Positions 28,300 through 36,472 of a DNA stretch of 64,000 bases are shown piece by piece. The stretch spans positions 968 to 64,967 of the forward strand of contig CAIOFV010000098.1 in the NCBI GenBank assembly GCA_903857665.1. The letters are read 5' to 3'. The DNA is from an uncultured Myxococcales bacterium. Its GTDB lineage: Bacteria; Myxococcota_A; UBA9042; DTJE01. The notes below the pieces were generated by a model. It made no database searches and was not told the DNA's origin. It worked only from the letters and a program-made list of their open reading frames with translations. Position numbers and translations under genes: made by a program. Position 1 is the first letter of the stretch, and each line of letters starts with the position of its first letter.

Positions 28300-30072
28300 G
28301 TGGACGGGCAACCCGCGAATCTTCCCCAGGTGGCGTCCCGATTTGCCGAGCCCGAGTTCTACGCGGCGCTCGGGCTGAAGTGCGGGATCGAGATGCACCG
28401 GCAGGTCTTCACGACCCACAAGCTGTTCTGCCGGTGCCCCGTCAAGCCGTACAGCGATGAATTCCATGCCGAAATCCTGCGCCACATGCGCCCGACGCTG
28501 TCGGAGTTGGGCGAATACGACCCGACGGCGCTGATGGAATTCAAGACGAAGAAGGAAATCGTCTACCGCCTGAACCGCGAAACGGTCTGCACCTACGAAA
28601 TGGACGACGCGCCGCCGTTCGGCCTCAACCGCGAGGCTCTGGACCGCGCGCTGGTCATCGGCATGATGCTGAACCTGAACCTCGTCGATGAGATCCACAT
28701 CGCCCGCAAGCAGTACCTGGACGGGTCGATCCCGACGGGGTTCCAGCGGACCTGCATCATCGGCATCAACGGCTGGATGAAGGTCGATGGCCGGCGCATC
28801 GGCATCCACCAACTGGGCCTGGAGGAGGACGCCTGCCGCGAGGCCTCGGACCACGGCCACCGGCGCACCTACATCACGGACCGCCTGTCGATCCCGCTGA
28901 TCGAAATCGTCACGGAAGCCGAGATGCACACGCCCGAGGACGCGGCGCGGGTTGGCAACGCCATCCGGCGCCTGTGCCACCTGTCGGGCCAGGTCCGCAC
29001 CGGCCACGGCCGCGCCCGCCAGGACGTGAACGTGTCGATCACCGGCGGCGATCGCGTCGAAATCAAGGGCGTGTCCAGCCTGCGGCAGCTGCCCGCCCTG
29101 GTCCACTTCGAGGCGCTGCGCCAGAAGGCGCTGCTGGACATCCAGGACGCCGCACGGTCCCGCGGCATCACGGCAAGCCACTTCGACACCGAGTTGGACG
29201 TCACGGCGCAGGCGAAAAGGTATCCCCACCCGGCCTTCCGGCTGCCCTGGGGGGGCGGCATCGTGGCCCGGGCCATCGTGCTGCGGAACTGTTCGGGCCT
29301 GCTGTCCTTCCCGACGGCGCCGAACCGCACGTTCGGCAACGAGATCTCGGATCGCATCAAGGTGATCGCCTGCATCGATCGCAAGCCGAACATGGCGCAC
29401 TCCGACTGCCCGCAATCGTTCACGCTGGGGGCGCTGTTCGACGAGGTGCGGCGCACCACGAAGACCGGCGCCAAGGACGCGATCGTCATCGTCGCCGGGC
29501 CGGCCGCGGACGTGACCACCGCGATGGGCGAGGTGCACATCCGCATGCGCGAGGCGCTGACCTGCGTGCCGCGCGAAACGCGCAAGTCCCTGCCGGACGG
29601 CTCGACGCTGTTCGAGCGCATGCTGCCGGGGCCTGACCGCATGTACCCGGACACGGACCTGCCGCCCATCGTGCTGGACGAGGACCGCTTCGCCCGGGCG
29701 CGCGGCAAGCAGCCCGAACCGCTGTGGGAAAAGGAGGAACGCTACAGCGCGATCGGCCTGTCGACTGTGCAGGTGGGCCGCCTGTTCACGGAAGACCAGT
29801 TCGCGACATTCGAGGCGGTCAACGGCCGCGTGTGCCTGAAACCCACCGTGCTGGCGTACCTGCTGCTGGACTGGGTGCCGTTCCTGAGGAGGCTGGGTCG
29901 CGACGTGACGGGCCTGACCGCGGAACGCTACGTCGAACTGTTCGACGGCACGAACGGGGAACCCCTGGACCAGAAGGCCGCCGCGGCACGGGTGGCTGGT
30001 GCCGTGGGCCACGCGCCGCATTTCCTGACCAAGCCCGATCCCCGGGCCGCGGAGCGGAGGGTGCAGGCATGA
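28300..30072 (+). CDS. gatE: Glu-tRNA(Gln) amidotransferase subunit E (archaeal-type GatE)
   Basis: GLKCGIEMHRQ..KLFCRCP, RPTLSELGEYD..A..E, RKQYLDGSIPTGFQRT, LEEDACR, DRLSIPLIEI, RQDVNVSI.GG.RVEIKGV, AspRS-like insert (HSD), RMYPDTDLPP; RBS AGGAGG before GTG 28300. Confidence 0.9.
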   Translation: MDGQPANLPQVASRFAEPEFYAALGLKCGIEMHRQVFTTHKLFCRCPVKPYSDEFHAEILRHMRPTLSELGEYDPTALMEFKTKKEIVYRLNRETVCTYEMDDAPPFGLNREALDRALVIGMMLNLNLVDEIHIARKQYLDGSIPTGFQRTCIIGINGWMKVDGRRIGIHQLGLEEDACREASDHGHRRTYITDRLSIPLIEIVTEAEMHTPEDAARVGNAIRRLCHLSGQVRTGHGRARQDVNVSITGGDRVEIKGVSSLRQLPALVHFEALRQKALLDIQDAARSRGITASHFDTELDVTAQAKRYPHPAFRLPWGGGIVARAIVLRNCSGLLSFPTAPNRTFGNEISDRIKVIACIDRKPNMAHSDCPQSFTLGALFDEVRRTTKTGAKDAIVIVAGPAADVTTAMGEVHIRMREALTCVPRETRKSLPDGSTLFERMLPGPDRMYPDTDLPPIVLDEDRFARARGKQPEPLWEKEERYSAIGLSTVQVGRLFTEDQFATFEAVNGRVCLKPTVLAYLLLDWVPFLRRLGRDVTGLTAERYVELFDGTNGEPLDQKAAAARVAGAVGHAPHFLTKPDPRAAERRVQA

Positions 30073-31463
30073 GCGTCAACGCGAGCGACCGCTTCAAGGG
30101 ATACCGGGGCGCCGGCCTGGAACTTCTGCAGCGCCTGGACGTGGGCGTCTGGGAGGAGATCGACGTCACGACGACGCGCGGGGAGTACCAGGGAATCCTG
30201 TTGCCCCGCAGCGAAACCGCCGGCGACCGGCACATCGTGCTGAAGCTGGATACCGGCTACAACATCGGCATCGCGGCCGACACCGTGACGTCGTTCGTCA
30301 GCCGCGGGCGCCGGGAAGCGCACTACCAGATCCCCGAACGGGAGTTCCCGTACGACCCGGTGAAGCCCACGGTGAAGCTGCTGGGCACCGGCGGCACCAT
30401 CGCGTCGCGGCTGGACTACCGGACCGGCGCGGTCATCCCGGCCTTCTCCCCGGGCGAACTGTACGGGTCGGTGCCGGAACTGGCGGACATCTGCAACATC
30501 AAGACCGAAAAGTTGTACGCGGTGTTCAGCGAGAACATGGGCCCGGAGCAGTACATCGGCCTGGCCACCGCGGTCGCGCGGTCGATCGAGGAAGGGGCCG
30601 ACGGCATCGTCATCGGGCACGGCACGGACACGATGCACCACACGGCGGCCATCCTGTCGTTCATGGTCCAGGATCCGCCCGTCCCGATCGTGATGGTCGG
30701 CAGCCAGCGGTCGTCCGACCGGCCGTCCTCCGACGCCGCGCTGAACCTGATGCACGCCACGCGCACGGCGGGCCACAGCGACATCGCCGAGGTGATGGTC
30801 TGCATGTTCGGGCCCACGTCGGACCAGTACGGCCTGCTGCACCGCGGCACCCGCGTCCGCAAGATGCATTCGTCGTTCCGCTCCACGTTCCGGACCATCG
30901 GCGACATCCCGGTCGCGACGGTTTCACGCGAAGCCGTGAAGCCCCTGCGCGAGGACTACCGACACCGCGACCCGACCCGCAAGGTCAAGCTGGACGCGGT
31001 CTACGACGACCGGGCGACCATCCTGTACTACTACCCCGGCATGAAGCCCGACCTGATCGACGGCCTGGTGGCGAACGGCTACCGCGGCATCATCATCGCA
31101 GGCACCGGCCTGGGCCACGTGAACAAGCCGCTGTACCCCGCCATCAAGCGCGCCATCGCGAAGGGCGTGCACATCTTCATGACGGTGCAGACGCTGTGGG
31201 GCTACACGCAGATGTACGTGTACGACACCGGGCGCGACCTGATGGAAATGGGGATCGTCCCGGCGGGGAACATGCTGCCCGAGGTGGCTTTCATGAAGCT
31301 GGGCTGGGCGCTGGCCCACTCGGACGACCGCGAGGAGATCCAGCGCATCATGCTGACGTCGGTGGCCGGCGAGATCACCGAGCGCGAACCGCCCGATTCC
31401 TACCTCGTGCTGCAGGGCGGCCTGCCCGAGGTCGAGGCCTTCATGAAGTCGCACCGGATGTGA
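30069..31463 (+). CDS. gatD: Glu-tRNA(Gln) amidotransferase subunit D (archaeal-type GatD)
   Basis: GatD N-domain (GILLPR...IVLKLDTGYNIG) plus asparaginase core GTGGTIASRLDYRTG, HGTDT, GSQRSSDRPSSD, RKMHS, GTGLGHV, MLPEVAFMKL; ATGA overlap with gatE. Confidence 0.92.
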   Translation: MSVNASDRFKGYRGAGLELLQRLDVGVWEEIDVTTTRGEYQGILLPRSETAGDRHIVLKLDTGYNIGIAADTVTSFVSRGRREAHYQIPEREFPYDPVKPTVKLLGTGGTIASRLDYRTGAVIPAFSPGELYGSVPELADICNIKTEKLYAVFSENMGPEQYIGLATAVARSIEEGADGIVIGHGTDTMHHTAAILSFMVQDPPVPIVMVGSQRSSDRPSSDAALNLMHATRTAGHSDIAEVMVCMFGPTSDQYGLLHRGTRVRKMHSSFRSTFRTIGDIPVATVSREAVKPLREDYRHRDPTRKVKLDAVYDDRATILYYYPGMKPDLIDGLVANGYRGIIIAGTGLGHVNKPLYPAIKRAIAKGVHIFMTVQTLWGYTQMYVYDTGRDLMEMGIVPAGNMLPEVAFMKLGWALAHSDDREEIQRIMLTSVAGEITEREPPDSYLVLQGGLPEVEAFMKSHRM

Positions 31464-31508
31464 TCGCCGGGTTCGGGGGCGGGAGCATCGACGTCCCGGG
31501 GATCGGGT

Positions 31509-32384
31509 TCAGCGGACCCCGGCGGTCGCCAGGGCGGCTTCGAGGGCTTCGCGGGTCGCCCGGCCGGCCTTCAGCAGCGGCAGGCGGACGTCGTCACGGC
31601 ACATCCCCAGCAGCGCGGCCGCAGCCTTCACGGGCGCCGGGCTGGCCTCCAGGAACAGCGCGTTGTACAGGTCCATGAGGCTGCGATCGACCTCCGCGGC
31701 TTGAGCCGCGCGCCCGGCCTTCCAGGCCTCCCACATCTCGACCATCGGCCGCGCGGCGACGTTCGATGCAACCGAAATGACCCCCTGGGCGCCCACCGCA
31801 AAGGACGGCAGGGCGAGGGCATCGTCGCCCGACAGGACCAGGAAGCCCGCCGGCACCGACGCGACGATGTCGCGCACCGGGCCTACGCTGCCCGACGCCT
31901 CCTTGACCCCGACGATGCCCGGGAGGGTCGCCAGGCACGCGACGGTCTTCGGCAGCAGGTTCACGCCGGTCCGGGACGGCACGTTGTACAGCACCACAGG
32001 CAGCCCGCCCTCGGCAGCGACGCCGCGGTAGTGCTCGATCATGCCTTCCTGCTGGGGGCGGTTGTAGTAGGGCGTCACGACCAGGGCGCCGTCCACCCCA
32101 AGGTCCCGCGCCCGCTGCGTTTCGGCGATTGTGGTGCGCGTGCAGTTCGTGCCGGTGCCGGCCAGCACCGGGATGCGTCCCGCCACGACCTCGACGACCG
32201 TGCGGATGACGGCGTCACGCTCCTCGTGGGTCATCGTCGCCGGCTCGCCGGTCGTGCCGCAGGCGACCACGCCATGGATGCCGGCCGCGATCTGCCCGGT
32301 GACCAGTTCCGCCAGCGCGTCCAGGTCCACCCGGTCCCCGTCGAACGGCGTGATCAAGGCCGTAACAATGCCCGCCAGTTTCAC
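31509..32384 (-). CDS. dapA: 4-hydroxy-tetrahydrodipicolinate synthase
   Basis: TALITPF, GTTGE, VTPYYNRP, LYNVPSRTG, GVKEASG, LSGDD; GTG start overlaps the upstream stop. Confidence 0.95.
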   Translation of the reverse strand: MKLAGIVTALITPFDGDRVDLDALAELVTGQIAAGIHGVVACGTTGEPATMTHEERDAVIRTVVEVVAGRIPVLAGTGTNCTRTTIAETQRARDLGVDGALVVTPYYNRPQQEGMIEHYRGVAAEGGLPVVLYNVPSRTGVNLLPKTVACLATLPGIVGVKEASGSVGPVRDIVASVPAGFLVLSGDDALALPSFAVGAQGVISVASNVAARPMVEMWEAWKAGRAAQAAEVDRSLMDLYNALFLEASPAPVKAAAALLGMCRDDVRLPLLKAGRATREALEAALATAGVR

Positions 32385-32941
32385 GGCTTCCTCCGCTTGG
32401 CGCATGCCTTCGTCCCATCCTCGATGGCCTTTCGAACCTCCAGCACCTGCTCGTGCTCCAGCGCATCGGCCAGGAAACTGCACGCCCGGACCTCGCCCGT
32501 TTCGCCCAGGGCGCGACCGGCGCCGGAACGCAGGATCGGATCGGGATTCGTCAGCCAGGGCAGCAGGTCGTCCACGGCCGCTTCCCGGGCCACCAGGGCC
32601 AGCGAAATCATCATCGCGGCCCGCAGCGACGACGGCTCCTCCCGGTTCGGGATCATGGACGCCAGCACCGCGCGCGAGCGTTCACCGGGGTATCCGCTGA
32701 GGGCCTTCGCCGCCCGGAAGCGCAGGTCGTCTTCGACCTTGCGGGCGACAAGGAGATCGACCAGCACGCGATCGACGTCTGCGCCGGCCACGGCCAGGTC
32801 GGCCGGCGTCGGCCGGGCCTTGCTGCGCAGGATCCGGATCACGTCCTCGACCTTCATCTGGCTGGCCGGACGTGCCGATGCCCCCCCCGCAAGGCCCACC
32901 ACCACGAGTACGGTCAGCAGGCATGCGAGGAGCCGTGTCAT
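32381..32941 (-). CDS. Secreted HEAT-repeat protein
   Basis: Signal peptide, repeated LR..A..AL helices; coupled to ffh (ATGA) and dapA (GTGA). Confidence 0.7.
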   Translation of the reverse strand: MTRLLACLLTVLVVVGLAGGASARPASQMKVEDVIRILRSKARPTPADLAVAGADVDRVLVDLLVARKVEDDLRFRAAKALSGYPGERSRAVLASMIPNREEPSSLRAAMMISLALVAREAAVDDLLPWLTNPDPILRSGAGRALGETGEVRACSFLADALEHEQVLEVRKAIEDGTKACAKRRKP

Positions 32942-34476
32942 TTCTTCTTCCGCCCCTTCTGGCGCTGCTTGCGGGCCGCCTTTTCCTTCTTGCGGCGGCG
33001 ATCCTTTTCGGCCTGCGACAGGCGGGGAACGCCGTAGCCCGGGCCCCAGCCGCCCGAAGGCCCTTCCTGGCCGGGCATCAGGTCCGACACGTCCTCGCCA
33101 CGGGACTTCGCGAGGTCCAGGGCCTCCTTGAAGCCCGGCAGCCGCGACAGCAGGGACGGCTGCTTGCCGACCCGCTTCATCACTTCCCGCATCGTGTCGA
33201 AGCGCGTCAGGAGGTCCTTGACCTCGGGCACCTTCCGCCCGGAGCCGCGCGCGATGCGCTTCATGCGGCTGTCGCTGATGATTTCGGGCTTCCGGCGCTC
33301 CTCCGGGGTCATCGAGTGGATCATCGACTCGATGCGCCCCAGGACCTTTTCGTCCACCGCGGCGCCTTCCGGCACCATGTCGTGGAAGAAGGGCAGCTTT
33401 TCCAGCGTGTCCCGCAGCGACCCCATCTTCTGGATCGCCCGGATCTGCTCGAGGAACTGGACCAGGTTGAAGTTGCCCTTCAACAGCTGGATCGCGTCCT
33501 CTTCGGCCTTTTCCTGGTCGACGACCTTCTCGAAGTCCTTGACCAGGCCGACCACGTCGCCGAAGCCCAGGATGCGGCTGGCGATGCCTTCGGGGCGGAA
33601 GGGTTCGATCTTGCTGAGGTCTTCGCCCATGCCGACGAAGACGATGGGCTTGCCGGTGACGGCGCGGACGGACAGCGCGGCGCCGCCACGGGCGTCGCCG
33701 TCCATCTTGGTCATCACCACGCCGGTCAGGGACAGGCGCTTGTCGAATTCCGACGCCATGCGGACGGCGTCCTGGCCGATCATGGCGTCCACGACCAGGA
33801 AGATGTTCTTCGGGTTCGTGCGCGCCTTGATCTGCGACAGTTCCTCCATGAGGGGCTCGTCGATGGCCAGGCGGCCGGCGGTGTCGAAGATGACCAGGTC
33901 GCGCTTTTCCGCGATGGCCTGCTTCATGGCCTCGGCGCAGAGATCTGGCGGCTGCAGCCCGGGGCGGTGGAAGACCGGGATGCCCAGGCGCTCGCCCAGC
34001 ACCTTCAACTGGTCCACGGCGGCGGGGCGGTAGATGTCGGCGGCGACCAGCATCGGCCGGTGCTTGCCTTCCTTCATCAGGCCGGCGATCTTGGCCGACG
34101 TGGTGGTCTTTCCGGTACCGTGCAAGCCGACCATCATCACGGCGGTGACCCGCCCGGCCGGCTCGAACTCGATCTGCCGCTCGCCGTCGCCCATCAACGC
34201 GATCAACTGGTCGTGGCACAGCTTGACGAAGTGCTCGGCGGGCGTGACCTGGACCTTCTTGTGGTCGGTCTTGGCCTGCAGGCGAACGACCTCGCCCACG
34301 GCCTGCGTCTTCACGTGCTCCAGGAAGGCGTTGACGACGGGCAGCGCGACGTCGGCTTCCAGCAGCGACACGCGGATGTCCCGCAGGGCCTCCTCGATCG
34401 CAGCTTCTGTGATGACCGCCTTCCCGGAGAGGCGGGCCCGGGCATTCCTGAATCCCTTCGTGAGGATCTCGAACAT
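32938..34476 (-). CDS. ffh: Signal recognition particle protein Ffh
   Basis: LLEADV, G.GKTT, DIYRPAA, DTAGR, TKMDGDARGGA, M-domain SMTPEER..P....SR..RIARGSG. Confidence 0.96.
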   Translation of the reverse strand: MFEILTKGFRNARARLSGKAVITEAAIEEALRDIRVSLLEADVALPVVNAFLEHVKTQAVGEVVRLQAKTDHKKVQVTPAEHFVKLCHDQLIALMGDGERQIEFEPAGRVTAVMMVGLHGTGKTTTSAKIAGLMKEGKHRPMLVAADIYRPAAVDQLKVLGERLGIPVFHRPGLQPPDLCAEAMKQAIAEKRDLVIFDTAGRLAIDEPLMEELSQIKARTNPKNIFLVVDAMIGQDAVRMASEFDKRLSLTGVVMTKMDGDARGGAALSVRAVTGKPIVFVGMGEDLSKIEPFRPEGIASRILGFGDVVGLVKDFEKVVDQEKAEEDAIQLLKGNFNLVQFLEQIRAIQKMGSLRDTLEKLPFFHDMVPEGAAVDEKVLGRIESMIHSMTPEERRKPEIISDSRMKRIARGSGRKVPEVKDLLTRFDTMREVMKRVGKQPSLLSRLPGFKEALDLAKSRGEDVSDLMPGQEGPSGGWGPGYGVPRLSQAEKDRRRKKEKAARKQRQKGRKKK

Positions 34477-34514
34477 CGCCGTCGTCGCTCCGCAAAGAAG
34501 AATCCCGGCGTAGG

Positions 34515-34543
34515 CTTATACGGGAGAGGGGCCTTCCAGTCAA
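34515..34543 (-). promoter_or_regulatory. Putative promoter of the ffh operon
   Basis: Minus strand TTGACT-17 nt-TATAAG. Confidence 0.55.
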
Positions 34544-34627
34544 GGCTCGCTGGCCGCAGCGCACCCCGGCCGAAGCCGGCGGCCATCCCCCGGGATTCCA
34601 CCCCCCGGAACCCTCGCCGCCCGCGTT

Positions 34628-34656
34628 TTGACATTGCCCCGGACGCACCGGATAAT
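34628..34656 (+). promoter_or_regulatory. Putative promoter of the GT-C-like gene pair
   Basis: TTGACA-17 nt-GATAAT. Confidence 0.6.
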
Positions 34657-34677
34657 CGGCCGAAGGACGGAATTCTG

Positions 34678-36417
34678 ATGGCAATCCTGACCGAAGGCGA
34701 CCCCGCCGGTCTTCAAACCAACGGCCCGCATCCCGCCCCGACGACGACGCCCGGGCGCGCCATCGCGCTGGCGATCGGCGTCGTCGGGTCCCTCTGGCTC
34801 ACCGTCTTCCCCTACTCGGCGGCGCTGAACAATCCGAACGAGCGCACCCGGGTACTGCAGGCACGGGCGATCGTCGATTCCGGGACCCTCGCGGTCGGGA
34901 CCGCCGAACCCGGGGGCGGGGGGCTGGTCTACCGGGACATCTACGGCCGCACCGGGCCGGGGCCTTTCGTCAACGACATATCGGTCCGCTGCCAGGACCC
35001 GGCCGCCCCGATCCCGTGCGCCGGCCTGCTGTACCCGGCCAAGGCCCCCGGCACCGCGCTGCTGGGAGTGCCCGCGCTGGCGCTGGCGCGCTGGGTCGGG
35101 TACGTCGATGACGGCCCCGACGGCGAGGCACGCGCCACCTGGATCCTCCGCCTGGCGGTGATGGCGTTCACGCTGGCGGGCCTGGTCGCGCTCGGAATGC
35201 TCCTCTGGCGGGCCGATGTCCGTCCACCGATCATCGCGGGCACGATCGTCGCCGCCGGGCTCGGTTCCAGCGTCTTCCCCTACGGCGTGTCGTTCGTGGG
35301 CCACGCGGCGGCGGGCGCGGCGCTGCTCCTCGGGGTCCTGGCCCTGGTGCTGGCGGGCGATGGGCCCGCGTCCCGCTCGCGTACGGCATTCGCGATTCTG
35401 GGAGGGCTCCTCACGGGGTCGGCAGTCCTCTTCGAGTACCACGCCCTGCCCGCGGCGTTCGCGGTGGGCGTCTGGACGCTGGTGTCGCCCGCCCGTCGTC
35501 GGCTCCTGCCCGGCTTCATCGTCGGCGGCCTGATCGCCGGGATGGCCTTCGGCTGGCTGCACAACGCGATGTTCGGCAGCCCCTGGGCGACCGGCCACAC
35601 CACGCTGGTCAGCGCCCACAACCGCGCCAGCCAGGAACTGGGCTTCCTGGGGATCGATGGGCTCCATGCCGGCGCCCTCCTGGCGCTGCTTTTCGACCCG
35701 TACCTCGGCCTCGGGCCGGACATGCCCTGGTTGCTGGTGGCCGGCCTGGGAGGCCTGCCGCTGCTGGCCCGTTCCCGGCTGGGACGGCTTCCCCCGGGGG
35801 CCTCGCGCACTGTCTGCGCGGCCGCCGTTCTATACGTCCTCTTCGTTTCGTCCCTCGGCAAGTTCCGCATGATGAACGGGTGGTCCTTCGGCCCCCGGTA
35901 TTTCGTCCCCGCGATGCTCCCGATGGCCCTCGCCGCAGGCGTGTTCTGGGACAGGGTGTCCCTGCGGCGGCCCTGGCTGGGCGCGGTGATCGGCGCCCTG
36001 GTCGTGCATTCCGTCGTCGTGATGGTCGCGCTATCGATCGCCTACCCCAGCCCTCCCGCCGACATCCTGAACCCGTTCGGCGAACTGGCGGTGCCGCTGC
36101 TCCTCGAAGGCTACGGGGTCCGGACGATCGGCCTCGGCCTGGGCAGCGGCTGGTGGCTGCCGACCGGTCTCCTGGGGCTGGGGGCGCTGGCGATCGTCGC
36201 ATGGGCTGCCGCGTCCGGGACACGGAAGCCCGCGAAGGCGGCGCTGGCCCTCGTCCTCGGGATCACGCTGGCGGCGGGCTACGCCTCCTGGCGGCCGAGC
36301 CCCAGGCCCGACACGGCGAACGAGCTTGAATTCATGCGATCCACGGTGGAAGGGGCTGGCCCGACCGGGAACGGCAGCTTCTTCGGGCCGAATCCCCAGG
36401 AAGTCCCCCTGAAATGA
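34678..36417 (+). CDS. Polytopic membrane protein, GT-C glycosyltransferase-like
   Basis: About 12 TM segments; NPNE motif after TM1, YPAKAPG, EY, WSFGPRYFVP. Confidence 0.6.
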   Translation: MAILTEGDPAGLQTNGPHPAPTTTPGRAIALAIGVVGSLWLTVFPYSAALNNPNERTRVLQARAIVDSGTLAVGTAEPGGGGLVYRDIYGRTGPGPFVNDISVRCQDPAAPIPCAGLLYPAKAPGTALLGVPALALARWVGYVDDGPDGEARATWILRLAVMAFTLAGLVALGMLLWRADVRPPIIAGTIVAAGLGSSVFPYGVSFVGHAAAGAALLLGVLALVLAGDGPASRSRTAFAILGGLLTGSAVLFEYHALPAAFAVGVWTLVSPARRRLLPGFIVGGLIAGMAFGWLHNAMFGSPWATGHTTLVSAHNRASQELGFLGIDGLHAGALLALLFDPYLGLGPDMPWLLVAGLGGLPLLARSRLGRLPPGASRTVCAAAVLYVLFVSSLGKFRMMNGWSFGPRYFVPAMLPMALAAGVFWDRVSLRRPWLGAVIGALVVHSVVVMVALSIAYPSPPADILNPFGELAVPLLLEGYGVRTIGLGLGSGWWLPTGLLGLGALAIVAWAAASGTRKPAKAALALVLGITLAAGYASWRPSPRPDTANELEFMRSTVEGAGPTGNGSFFGPNPQEVPLK

Positions 36418-36472
36418 AGTTCGTCGCCGGGGGCGATCGTGTACGCTGCGGCGCGCCCGGACGGAGGTCCCC

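Noticed and set aside
28300-31463. gatDE as archaeal contamination, or as mis-called gatB plus asparaginase
   Set aside because: Contiguous with bacterial genes and same codon style with a bacterial SD; GatE-specific SELGE and insert motifs and the GatD N-domain are present. Read-level confirmation is still advisable.
32938-33130. Lys/Arg-rich C-terminal tail of Ffh
   Set aside because: Basic low-complexity tails are frequent in Ffh proteins; no evidence of a separate function
34477-34677. SRP RNA (ffs) next to ffh
   Set aside because: No CAGG...GGAA...AGCAG domain IV motif; the region is explained by two divergent promoters
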